From: Chloroflexota bacterium
Lineage (GTDB): Bacteria; Chloroflexota; Dehalococcoidia; Bin125
Direction: 5' to 3'
NCBI GenBank assembly: GCA_009838735.1
Contig: VXQZ01000052.1
Span: 11,332 to 75,331 of the forward strand
DNA length: 64,000 bases
The first letter of the stretch is position 1. Every line of letters starts with the position of its first letter. The notes below the pieces were generated by a model. The model saw only the letters and a list, made by a program, of their open reading frames with translations. It did no database searches and had not been told where the DNA came from. Of this stretch, positions 36,352 to 49,572 are shown one piece after another. The position numbers and the translations under genes are program-made.

Positions 36352-37707
36352 ATGAACGGGACGACGGCGATCGATCGGGAGTTCTTCGCGACGCACTCTG
36401 AATCGGCCAGACGGGCCGAGGAGGCACGCACCATCTTCCCGGGCGGCGTCACCCACGATGCCCGGCACTTTGAGCCGTTCGGCATCGTCGTGGATCGGGC
36501 TGTGGGACCACGCAAGTGGGACATCGACGGCAATGAGTACATCGACTACGTCATGGGCCACGGCGCGCTGCTCTTCGGTCACAGCCATCCCTACCTGGTG
36601 GAGGCGATCACTGCACAGGTTGCGCGAGGCACCCACATGGGCGGCTCAAGCGAACTAGAGCGTCGTTGGGCCCTGGCGATCAAACGCCTGCTGCCGAGCG
36701 CGGAGAAAGTGCGATTTACCTCGTCGGGCACCGAAGCGACCATGATGGCCGTGCGCCTGGCGCGCGCGGCGACCGGACGCGATCGCCTGCTGCGGTTGCG
36801 CAATCACTTCCATGGCTGGAACGACAGCGTCTTCGCCGCCGGCCGTACTTCCGCCGGCAACATCTCCGCCAACGGTCAACCCGACGCCATGCAGAATCTC
36901 ATCTCGGTCTTCGATCAAACCGATGTCTCTGGGATGGCCGCCGCCCTGGACTCTGAGGAATACGCCGCCGTCATCCTCGAGCCGACCGGTTACTCGTGGG
37001 GAACCTGTCCATTGGACCCGTCCGTCCCGCAGGAGCTTCGCGAGTTGACGGAGCGAACCGGGACCATGTTGATCTTCGATGAAGTCGTAACCGGCTTCCG
37101 CATCAGTCCCGGCGGCGCCCAGGAGCGAATCAGCGTGCGTCCGGACCTGACGACCCTGGCCAAGGTCGCCGCCGGCGGCCTGCCTGGAGGCGCAGTGGCG
37201 GGACGCGCCGATCTGCTCGACCAGATCAGCTTCGACGCCGGCGGCGGTCGGGTAGCCCATCCCGGCACATTCAATGCCAACCCATTGTCGGCAGTTGCCG
37301 GCGAGCGAGCGCTTCGAGCAGTGGCGGACGAAGAACCGATCTCAATCGCCAATCAACGCGCTGCCCACCTCTCCCGTGGGCTGAATCGAGCGCTGATCGA
37401 GGCCGAAGTTGCGGGTTGTGCATGGGCGGACGCGTCCATGGTCCACATCATTCTTGGCCAGGACGTCGCGCGTCCTGACGATGGGGCCACCTGGGATTGG
37501 GAGCAGCATGGCGGGCCCGCGTCCACACTTCCGATGACGTCCTCCGAGGTCGCCTGGCCATTCAGGCGCGCCTTGCTCAATCACGGCGTCGATCTCATGG
37601 GCATGGGTGCGCTGGTGTCTTGCGTACACAGCGAAGCAGACATCGACTCGACAGTCGATCGCTTCGGCGCGGCGCTGTCCGACTTGCGACGCGACGAGAT
37701 CTTCTAG
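36352..37707 (+). CDS. class III aminotransferase (glutamate-1-semialdehyde aminomutase-like)
   Basis: ATG at 36352 after GGGAGG. 'IFDEVVTGFR' and the PLP-Lys context 'TTLAKVAAGGLPGGAV'. Confidence 0.8.
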   Translation: MNGTTAIDREFFATHSESARRAEEARTIFPGGVTHDARHFEPFGIVVDRAVGPRKWDIDGNEYIDYVMGHGALLFGHSHPYLVEAITAQVARGTHMGGSSELERRWALAIKRLLPSAEKVRFTSSGTEATMMAVRLARAATGRDRLLRLRNHFHGWNDSVFAAGRTSAGNISANGQPDAMQNLISVFDQTDVSGMAAALDSEEYAAVILEPTGYSWGTCPLDPSVPQELRELTERTGTMLIFDEVVTGFRISPGGAQERISVRPDLTTLAKVAAGGLPGGAVAGRADLLDQISFDAGGGRVAHPGTFNANPLSAVAGERALRAVADEEPISIANQRAAHLSRGLNRALIEAEVAGCAWADASMVHIILGQDVARPDDGATWDWEQHGGPASTLPMTSSEVAWPFRRALLNHGVDLMGMGALVSCVHSEADIDSTVDRFGAALSDLRRDEIF

Positions 37708-37767
37708 GTTTTCTCGACCGGTCTGATCTTCGCGTTGTAATCGAGTCGCTAGCGTGGTGAGGTCGAT

Positions 37768-37783
37768 TGTGCGAATATTCACG
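37768..37783. promoter_or_regulatory. CRP/FNR-family-like palindromic site upstream of gltB
   Basis: TGTGC-GAATAT-TCACG compared with the CRP consensus TGTGA-N6-TCACA (8 of 10 half-site positions). A -10-like TAGTAT follows directly at 37784-37789, about 70 nt upstream of the gltB ATG. Confidence 0.3.
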
Positions 37784-37858
37784 TAGTATCCGCACCGTTC
37801 CCTCTCGGTTACATAGGCATCGGCTGTGTGACAGCTGGAAGCGATAGACGCTGACGAT

Positions 37859-42412
<4,554 letters not shown>

Positions 42413-42459
42413 CGGCTTCCAGAGCCGATCTGCGAGTTGCCAAGCAAGCTGCGTGGCGC

Positions 42460-42942
42460 TTAGCCCAGCCAACGCTCCCAGACGGGGCGCTGCGGTTCGA
42501 CCGGCGTTAGCGACGGATCGATCGCCAGGGCGATGCTGCGACGAAGCACCGAGATTCGGGATGGCGGCGCTGGAGTTGGCTCCGCAACCTGTCCCTGCTG
42601 TGTCTGCAGGTAGAGGTCGCCGAGTTTAAGGGCCGCAATCACTGCGACGGCCATCGCGGCGAGCGGCGCCAGCAGCCGGATCAGTTGCGGGTCAATGCTG
42701 ACGCCGGCGACGCGCTGGTTCCAACCGGCCTGAACGCTCTCACGCCAGTCGGCCCGCTCCGACAACACAGGTTCCTCAATCGTTGGCTCTTCGATCGCGA
42801 CTTCCGGCTCACTGCCATTGGAACCATTGGTCGACGGCTCGGCGATCACCGGTCCCCAACCATCCAGCGCGAGTACCGTGCTGGTCGCCTGTTGCGAGGA
42901 ACCGTTGGGGTCGTCGTGGTGCTGGCCGTTGGGCGTGGTCAT
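42460..42942 (-). CDS. hypothetical single-pass membrane protein
   Basis: 160 aa with a low-complexity acidic N-terminus and a central TM segment 'LLAPLAAMAVAVIAAL'. It starts 11 nt downstream of the MFS gene. Confidence 0.45.
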   Translation of the reverse strand: MTTPNGQHHDDPNGSSQQATSTVLALDGWGPVIAEPSTNGSNGSEPEVAIEEPTIEEPVLSERADWRESVQAGWNQRVAGVSIDPQLIRLLAPLAAMAVAVIAALKLGDLYLQTQQGQVAEPTPAPPSRISVLRRSIALAIDPSLTPVEPQRPVWERWLG

Positions 42943-42953
42943 CGGTGCTCCAG

Positions 42954-44906
42954 CTAATCGAGTGTTTCAATCCGCTTCGGTCGTTGGCGAGCCCAGGAGG
43001 CAATCAGCGGCACGGATTCGTTCAGCTGTTTGGCCTGCGAGCCGCCATTGTCGCCAGTTGCGCCGGCCGGCGGCGGTTCTCTACCTGCCACTCTAGGGCT
43101 TCCGGCAGCTTCTGTCGGCAAACCGCTTGGCGCTGCACGGGAAGATGCAGTTGGCAGACCTGGCGCGACTTCGGGACGCGGTGGTCCGGGCGTGCCTGGA
43201 GGCCGATTGGCGCCGGCCATCGCTCGTGCGTTGGCCATCATCTCTTCCTGTGTCTGGAATCTGACCCTGGGCAGTACCACTGCGATGGCGAGCACGATCG
43301 CCATGACAATTGCCCCGTAGAGGAACACGTCGGTGACGGGTACGGCGAGCGCTTCTCGCGCTGTCTGGATGATGGCGTCGGAGGAACCGGGCGACTGTTG
43401 CTCCAGTTGCTGGCGGAACCCCTGGAGGGCATCCGGATTTAGCAGGATCTCGGGTCGCTCCTTGAGCTGATCAAATCCATCGGGAAAGGCCTTGGTCAGT
43501 TGCGACGAAAATCCGGACACGATCATGGCGCCGAAGAGCGATATGCCCATGGCGGCGCCCATCTGGCGGAAGAACTGATTGGTGGCGGTCCCGGCGCCCA
43601 GCAATCTGAAGGGCAGGGAGTTCTGCATCAGCAGCGAGTACAGCGGCATCAGCGTGCCCATGGAAGCGCCCATGACGAACATGTACAGACGGGCCAGGTT
43701 GAGGTCGGAATCGACGTTGAGCTGCGAGAGCATGAACAGGGCAAACGTCGCTCCGGCGCCTCCGATGATCGCGAGCGGTTTGTAACGCCCGGTCCGGGCC
43801 AGGATCTGGCCGGTGATGATCGACGCGGGTACTACGCCAACGCTCATGGGAAGAGTGACGAGTCCGGAGTTGGTGGCCGAGATGCCCTGAGCGCCCTGGA
43901 GGAAGAAGGGCAGGTTGAACATCGCGCCCATCATGGCGATGCCGATCAGGAACATCACCACGGTGCAGAACAGGTAGATCTTGTTCTGGAACATGGGCAG
44001 CGGCATGATGCCGTCGTCGCCCTTGCGCCGGGCAGTCTTCCACCAGGCGAACGCGGCGACGACGGCGATGATCAGGCAGGCGACGATCGGCGAATCGAGC
44101 CATCCAAACTGGTTGCCACCCATCGAGAACGCGAGCAACAACGGCGTGCCCGCGACAATCAGCAGCCCGGCGCCCAGCCAGTCGGTGGGCTGCCGGTTTG
44201 GATGCTGCGCCTGTTGCCTGGGCATGATCATCGTTATCGCGATCAGGCCCAACCCGCCAACCGGGATATTGATGTAGAACACCCAGCGCCAGGAGAGCTC
44301 ATCAGTCAGGACGCCTCCGGCGAGCGGTCCGATGATGCTGGCCAGCGCGAACGTGCCGCCAATGATCCCGGCCCAGCGTCCGCGTTCGGCAGGGGCGAAG
44401 TAGTCGCCCATGGTGGTGAAGGCGTTCGCCATGATGAAGGCCGCGCCGAAACCTTGCAGCAGTCGGAACCCGATTAACTCCCACATGGTTCCCGAGGCAC
44501 CGCAGAGCGCCGATGAGATCAGAAAAATGACAATTCCGGCGAGCAAGTACGGCTTTCGGCCATGGGCGTCGGAGAGCTTGCCGATGATTGGAACGATGAC
44601 CGTTGAGCCGAGCAGATAGGAGGTCGCCGGCCAGGCGAACAGGTCGAGGCCGCCGAGGTCTCCAACAGCCTTGGGCGCTGCCACGCTCCAGATTGTCTGG
44701 TCCAGCGCCGCCAGGAACAACGCCAGCATGACGCAGACCATGATCGCGACTTTGCGGCGCTCGGGCAGCAGCCAACCAGGCGGGACTTCATTCATACCCG
44801 GCATGCCAGACACACCAGGCGGGGGACCCCCGTCAGACCCTGCGGGACCGGCGGGTGGGGCGCCAGCTTGCCCGTTGGGCGATGGCGGCGGCCCCGTCGA
44901 CATCAC
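42954..44906 (-). CDS. MFS transporter, DHA2 (14-TMS, EmrB/QacA-like) with Pro-rich tails
   Basis: 650 aa. 'LDQTIWSVAAPK' and 'GKLSDAHGRKP' are DHA2-like motifs. Both termini are Pro/Gly/Ala-rich. Confidence 0.85.
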   Translation of the reverse strand: MMSTGPPPSPNGQAGAPPAGPAGSDGGPPPGVSGMPGMNEVPPGWLLPERRKVAIMVCVMLALFLAALDQTIWSVAAPKAVGDLGGLDLFAWPATSYLLGSTVIVPIIGKLSDAHGRKPYLLAGIVIFLISSALCGASGTMWELIGFRLLQGFGAAFIMANAFTTMGDYFAPAERGRWAGIIGGTFALASIIGPLAGGVLTDELSWRWVFYINIPVGGLGLIAITMIMPRQQAQHPNRQPTDWLGAGLLIVAGTPLLLAFSMGGNQFGWLDSPIVACLIIAVVAAFAWWKTARRKGDDGIMPLPMFQNKIYLFCTVVMFLIGIAMMGAMFNLPFFLQGAQGISATNSGLVTLPMSVGVVPASIITGQILARTGRYKPLAIIGGAGATFALFMLSQLNVDSDLNLARLYMFVMGASMGTLMPLYSLLMQNSLPFRLLGAGTATNQFFRQMGAAMGISLFGAMIVSGFSSQLTKAFPDGFDQLKERPEILLNPDALQGFRQQLEQQSPGSSDAIIQTAREALAVPVTDVFLYGAIVMAIVLAIAVVLPRVRFQTQEEMMANARAMAGANRPPGTPGPPRPEVAPGLPTASSRAAPSGLPTEAAGSPRVAGREPPPAGATGDNGGSQAKQLNESVPLIASWARQRPKRIETLD

Positions 44907-45394
44907 ATCACCTCAGGATCGGGCGGCCAGGGAGCGAGCACGCCCTGGCGCTCTGCCTCAGCGGTGAGCAACGTGAACGTGTGGTCGATGTCGGCCAGTT
45001 GTTGCTCGGAGAAGTTGCGGAAGATCCTCCAGATCACCGCGCGTTTCCGGGCGTCCAGCTCCGTGATGACCTTGTGGCCTCGCTCGGTCAGGAAGACACG
45101 GACGCGGCGCCGGTCGGAATCGTCGCGTTCACGCCTGACGAGCTTTTGCTTGTCAACCAGACGATCGATGATCCCCGTCGCCGTCGACGGCCGGACCTTG
45201 AGCTGGGTCGCTACCGCTCCGGCGGGCGTGCCGGGCGCGGCCTGAAGCATGTACAGGACACGAAGCTGGGACATGGTCAGGCCCAACTCCTCCCATACCT
45301 CGAGGCGATTGGGATCGAATATGCCGGCGGCACGACCATAGTTGTCGAGAATGCTCTCAATAGCGGCGTCGATTCGGGAATTCACCATCGTCAC
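44903..45394 (-). CDS. MarR-family transcriptional regulator
   Basis: 163 aa with a winged HTH 'TPAGAVATQLKVRPSTATGIIDRLVDKQKLVRRERDDSDRR'. It has 4-nt overlaps with both neighbours. Confidence 0.85.
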   Translation of the reverse strand: MTMVNSRIDAAIESILDNYGRAAGIFDPNRLEVWEELGLTMSQLRVLYMLQAAPGTPAGAVATQLKVRPSTATGIIDRLVDKQKLVRRERDDSDRRRVRVFLTERGHKVITELDARKRAVIWRIFRNFSEQQLADIDHTFTLLTAEAERQGVLAPWPPDPEVM

Positions 45395-46506
45395 TTGGTA
45401 CCGCCTTTGCTAACGGGAGCCGGGAATGAAACGCCCCGCTGTTCGCCTAGCGCAATCAGTTGTTCAATGGATTCCTGGTCCAGCGGAATCCCGTTCGCCG
45501 AGCGATCCGCTCGGGCGAACTCTTCCGGGTCGCCGGGAATCACGACTCGCTCGACGCCGTCCAAGGGTTCGATATCGCGGATGGCATCGGCCATCTCCTT
45601 CATGCTGGACTTGAACTCGTCGGGTTCGCAGAATAGGTCGATTCGCCAGGCTGCAAACCACTGTCCCTGGATCAGATTCTGTCCCCGCGGAGAGAACAGG
45701 CCCGAACCGTCGCCGGAGAGTACGCCGGACATGATGTCGACCATCAGGCCCAGCCCATAGCCCTTGTGCGAGCTGGTCGTCAGGGTCGATCCGAGCGGGA
45801 GCAACGCGCCGTTCTTGCGCATGATGAACGGGTCGTCGCTATGTTCGCCGTCCTCGTCCACCGCCCAGCCCTCCGGCAACGGCTTGCCCTGCCGACCGGC
45901 GATCTCGAGTTTCCCACCAGCGACCGCCGTCGTCGCGATGTCCAACCGGAACGGGGTACCGTCGGCGATCGGGGCTGCCATCGCGATCGGATTCGTACCG
46001 AACGCGCGTCCCTTGGCGCCAGCCGCAACGGCGATCGGCGGGACGTTGCACATGGCCATGCCGATCAGGTCGTGCTCGACGGCCATGTGCGCGTAGTAGC
46101 CGGCGGCGCCGAAGTGCCGCCCGTTGCGCACCGTGACCATGCCCATGCCGCTGACCTTGGCCTTTTCGATGCAGGTCGACATCGCCTTCTGACAGACAAT
46201 GGTGCCGAATCCGCCGTCGCCGTCCCAGGCGGCGGAAACCGGGGTCTCGCGCAGCACCTGGATATCGGGCGTCGGGTTGACCACACCGGACTCGAAGCCG
46301 GGCGCGTAGCCGATGTGCCAGGGCAAATGCGCGATCCCGTGCGATTCGATGCCGACCAGGTCCGCGTCGATCAATACGTCGGCGCCGAGCTCGGCATCCG
46401 CCGAGGGAACACCGTACGACTGCAGGACTGCAGACGTGAACCCGCGCAGATCTGTGGCGTCGAACCGCTCTCGGGTCTCGGGACCTTCCTGCCCGGTCCA
46501 GGCCAT
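45391..46506 (-). CDS. Ldh2-family (malate/L-lactate/sulfolactate-type) dehydrogenase
   Basis: ATG at 46506 ('MAWTGQEG...'). 'LVGIESHGIAHLP' and 'GGFGTIV' are Ldh_2-type. The longer ORF to 46851 overlaps the upstream aldolase gene. Confidence 0.8.
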   Translation of the reverse strand: MAWTGQEGPETRERFDATDLRGFTSAVLQSYGVPSADAELGADVLIDADLVGIESHGIAHLPWHIGYAPGFESGVVNPTPDIQVLRETPVSAAWDGDGGFGTIVCQKAMSTCIEKAKVSGMGMVTVRNGRHFGAAGYYAHMAVEHDLIGMAMCNVPPIAVAAGAKGRAFGTNPIAMAAPIADGTPFRLDIATTAVAGGKLEIAGRQGKPLPEGWAVDEDGEHSDDPFIMRKNGALLPLGSTLTTSSHKGYGLGLMVDIMSGVLSGDGSGLFSPRGQNLIQGQWFAAWRIDLFCEPDEFKSSMKEMADAIRDIEPLDGVERVVIPGDPEEFARADRSANGIPLDQESIEQLIALGEQRGVSFPAPVSKGGTK

Positions 46507-46510
46507 GCGC

Positions 46511-47290
46511 CTAGTCCTGACCGTAGCTGCGAACGGTGCGCAGGCCTTGAGCAGACGCCTGCGCCATGAACTGTCCGTCGCTGCCGGACGGAATGTAGAG
46601 CCAGCCTTCTTCGGCGCGGCGCTTGGCCTCGACCGGTCCGGAGGTGAAGATGCCCGGCGCGACTCGGTTGTCGATTCGATGCGAAGCGGCAAGCACTTCT
46701 GCGCAGGCGGCGACATGGTCCGGGTGAGGGTTGTCGGGGAGGACCGGGATGCCCATTGACTTGGCCAGGTCCGCCGGTCCGATGCAGGTCGCGTCGATAC
46801 CCGGCACGGAGAGGATTTCGTCGATTCGCTCGACCGCCTCGATCGTTTCAATCTGAATGATGCAGGCGATCTCGTTGTTCGCTTCGTCGCCGTAGTCGGA
46901 GCCGCCGTACAGGAAACCGCGATACGCGCCGAAGCCGCGCAGTCCGTCGGGCGGGTAGCGACAGGCCGAGACGGCCTGCTCCGCCTCGGCGCGGTTGTTC
47001 ACCCAGGGAATCACGACGCCGTAGGCGCCGCCGTCGAGGATGCGCTTGATGACCACCGGGTCGTTCCACTCCGCGCGCGCCATGGGAATGGTGTCGGTCG
47101 TCGAGATGGCCTGGAACATCTGAATCATGGTCTGGAGGTCGACGGGAGAGTGTTCGCCATCGACAACGAGCCAGTCCCAACCCTGATGGGCCATTGATTC
47201 GGCCGCTAGTGTCGAGCAGGTACCAAGCCAGGCGCCAAACGCTGGCTTGCCCTCGGCCCACAGTTGTTTCACCGTGTTCGGTCGCATCAA
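46511..47290 (-). CDS. HpcH/HpaI-family aldolase
   Basis: 'WDWLVVDGEHSP' and the rest of the TIM-barrel aldolase pattern. Confidence 0.85.
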   Translation of the reverse strand: MMRPNTVKQLWAEGKPAFGAWLGTCSTLAAESMAHQGWDWLVVDGEHSPVDLQTMIQMFQAISTTDTIPMARAEWNDPVVIKRILDGGAYGVVIPWVNNRAEAEQAVSACRYPPDGLRGFGAYRGFLYGGSDYGDEANNEIACIIQIETIEAVERIDEILSVPGIDATCIGPADLAKSMGIPVLPDNPHPDHVAACAEVLAASHRIDNRVAPGIFTSGPVEAKRRAEEGWLYIPSGSDGQFMAQASAQGLRTVRSYGQD

Positions 47291-47388
47291 ACACCTCCGC
47301 TACATGCCCCCGGCCAGAACAGTGGGCGGGAAATCGATCTGTCACCTATGTTGCAGAAAGCGTACACGATGAGTCGAAAATTCCATCC

Positions 47389-48117
47389 ATGACGCCTCGC
47401 CCTGTGCTGGTCTCCTGGTCCTCGGGAAAGGACTCCGCCTGGGCTCTGCACCTGCTGCGCCAGCAGCCGGATCAGTACGACGTCAGGGGCATCTTCACGA
47501 CCGTGACGCCGGATTCCGACCGCGTCTCGATCCAGGCAACGCCGCGCTCCATCCTTCGGCTTCAAGCCGAGCGTGTTGGCTTGCCGCTCTATGAAATCCC
47601 AATCCCTGACCCCTGCCCGAATGAGGTCTACGAGGCCGCGATGCTGCAGTTCCTCGACCGGGTGCGTGATCTGCCCTCGCATTTGACCGCGGATACGTTT
47701 GCGTTCGGGGATCTGTTCCTGGAGGACATCCGCGAGTATCGCGAGGCCAATCTGACGGGTACGGGATTCGAGGCAGTCTTCCCTGTGTGGGGCATGCCCA
47801 CGTATCAACTGTCGCAGCAGATGCTGGCATCAGGGCTGAAGGCGATCATCACGGCCGTCAGCCCCACATCGAAATTGGATCGCAGCTTCGCCGGTCGCTG
47901 GTTCGACCAGTCCTTCCTCGATGATCTCCCAACAGGCACCGACCCGCTTGGTGAGAACGGCGAGTTTCACACCTGCGTGGTCGACGGTCCGATGTTCAGT
48001 CACGCGATCGAGGTCAAGCCAGGCGAGGTTATTGGGCGACCCGTCAGCCGCAGCCACGACGGCAGCGGCGGGACGGTAACCGCCTGGTACGCCGACATCG
48101 AACTCGCGGAGACCTAG
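47389..48117 (+). CDS. Dph6-related / DUF71 ATP pyrophosphatase (adenine nucleotide alpha-hydrolase fold)
   Basis: ATG at 47389. PP-loop-like 'LVSWSSGKDSAWAL' and 'ENGEFHTCV'. Confidence 0.7.
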   Translation: MTPRPVLVSWSSGKDSAWALHLLRQQPDQYDVRGIFTTVTPDSDRVSIQATPRSILRLQAERVGLPLYEIPIPDPCPNEVYEAAMLQFLDRVRDLPSHLTADTFAFGDLFLEDIREYREANLTGTGFEAVFPVWGMPTYQLSQQMLASGLKAIITAVSPTSKLDRSFAGRWFDQSFLDDLPTGTDPLGENGEFHTCVVDGPMFSHAIEVKPGEVIGRPVSRSHDGSGGTVTAWYADIELAET

Positions 48118-49112
48118 CGGTCTGGATGCAGGTTGAGGGAAACCCTGTCGAGCACCGCCTTGTTGACCACCGAGCGCGGCATGTAGCCCTGCAGGACATC
48201 GGCGGCCGCTTCTCCTACCCGTTGCAGCAACAGCGGCGCTGAGGCGTCGGAGTAGTAGGCCGAGTGAGGCGTCGCGATCACGTTGTCGAACTCGAGCAGC
48301 GGGTGATCCTTGTGAACGGGCTCGGGATCCCAGACGTCAACGCCGGCGCCGGCGATCTGGCCGTTCTTGAGCGCGTCGTAGAGCGCCGACTCGCTGACCA
48401 CTCCGCCGCGGCAGGTCGTGATCAGATAGGCGGTCTGCTTCATGATGGCCAGTTCCTCGGCGCCGACAATTCCTCGTGTCTCCGGACTCAACGGAGGATG
48501 GACCGAGACATAGTCTGCCTGCATGACTTCCTCAAGCGAGGTCAATCGCACGCCCGCGGCTTCCGCGACCGCGGGATCCTGGTAGGGGTCGTAGGCGATC
48601 ACGTCGAGTCCGAAGGCCTGAGCTCGAATTGCTGCTTGCTGGGCGATGTGACCGAATGCGACCAGCCCCAGGGTCTCGCCGTACAGCGGCCCCGAGGGTC
48701 CCAGCGGAACCCGGTCGCCCGAGCGGGCGGCGTCGTTGTGAGCGACCAGCTTCCGGTTGAGCGCCAGTAGCAACGAGATGGCGTGTGTGGCGACCTCGTT
48801 GATGCAGTAGTCGGTGATGTTGCAAACGACGATGTCGTAGTCAACGGCTGTCTGCCAGTCGATGTTGTCGAAGCCGATCCCATACCGCACCACGACTTTG
48901 AGATTCGGTGCCGCGTCGAAGACGTCCTTGCCAACCTGCCGGTAGCCGCAGATGATTCCGTCCGCGTCGGTCACGTGAGCCGGGATGTCTTGTTGCTGTT
49001 CAAGCGTCAGAGCGACCAGCTCGGCGTCGGCCTTGGCCAACTCAGCCGCCTCGGCGACGTGGGGTTGGCGCTCCGGTCTTGAATCGACGTGGTACACCTT
49101 GAACTTCGACAT
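48114..49112 (-). CDS. D-isomer-specific 2-hydroxyacid dehydrogenase
   Basis: NAD-binding 'GLVAFGHIAQQAAIRAQAFGLDV' and catalytic region 'ATPHSAYYS'. Confidence 0.85.
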   Translation of the reverse strand: MSKFKVYHVDSRPERQPHVAEAAELAKADAELVALTLEQQQDIPAHVTDADGIICGYRQVGKDVFDAAPNLKVVVRYGIGFDNIDWQTAVDYDIVVCNITDYCINEVATHAISLLLALNRKLVAHNDAARSGDRVPLGPSGPLYGETLGLVAFGHIAQQAAIRAQAFGLDVIAYDPYQDPAVAEAAGVRLTSLEEVMQADYVSVHPPLSPETRGIVGAEELAIMKQTAYLITTCRGGVVSESALYDALKNGQIAGAGVDVWDPEPVHKDHPLLEFDNVIATPHSAYYSDASAPLLLQRVGEAAADVLQGYMPRSVVNKAVLDRVSLNLHPDR

Positions 49113-49140
49113 CGAGATCTCCTTCAGCGCTGAAATGCGG

Positions 49141-49503
49141 TTACAACCAGGTTTGAATGCGGGAGCGGGGGACTGGCGGGATGACCGCCTTCAGCCGCCG
49201 ACCGTCAGCAGTGAGCGTAAACGACATCTGTTTTCCAGGCTCCAGTTCCGGATGCAGGATGCGGTTGATCAGGCGAAACGACTCGAAGCGAATCAGAGAG
49301 AGCCGCACCTGTTGTTGATTGGCGGTCGGGCGAGAGACGAGCACCGCATCAACCAGTTCGTCGAAGGACGCTTGCTCGACGAGCAACAGGTGTTGAACGA
49401 TGAGTTGCTCGACGACGTCGAGCTCGATCTCAATCGGCTCGGGACGCAGTTTCTGTTTGAGCCGTGAGAGGAGGTTTACCAGCGTTGGTCTGACAGTCGG
49501 CAT
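49141..49503 (-). CDS. hypothetical protein (possible winged-helix)
   Basis: 120-aa ORF downstream of the CoA-transferase gene across the REP-like element. No motif recognised with confidence. Confidence 0.45.
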   Translation of the reverse strand: MPTVRPTLVNLLSRLKQKLRPEPIEIELDVVEQLIVQHLLLVEQASFDELVDAVLVSRPTANQQQVRLSLIRFESFRLINRILHPELEPGKQMSFTLTADGRRLKAVIPPVPRSRIQTWL

Positions 49504-49530
49504 GAGGTCCGTGTTGGTCGCTTGCCTGGG

Positions 49531-49564
49531 CCCTCACCCTAACCCTCTCCCAGAGGGAGAGGGG
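49531..49564 (+). repeat. REP-like palindromic element, copy 1
   Basis: CCCTCACCCTAACCCTCTCCCAGAGGGAGAGGGG. The hairpin is CCCTCTCCC(49543-49551)-AGA-GGGAGAGGG(49555-49563). Confidence 0.85.
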
Positions 49565-49572
49565 ATCCAGCG

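Noticed and set aside
37708-37858. Glutamine (glnA-type) riboswitch upstream of gltB
   Set aside because: There are only vague resemblances ('CGTTCCCTC', 'CTGGAAGCG'). The conserved closing 'AAGGAACG'-type element and the pseudoknot partners are not evident.
45391-46851. Long N-terminal extensions of listed ORFs (45391..46851, 33065..34123, 47194..48117, 50835..52112, 3761..4414, 4747..5340, 36280..37707, 10112..11248)
   Set aside because: The extensions overlap neighbouring genes or low-complexity intergenic DNA. Each case has an internal ATG or GTG, often preceded by a purine-rich SD-like sequence, just before where homology-like sequence begins. I shortened the calls accordingly.
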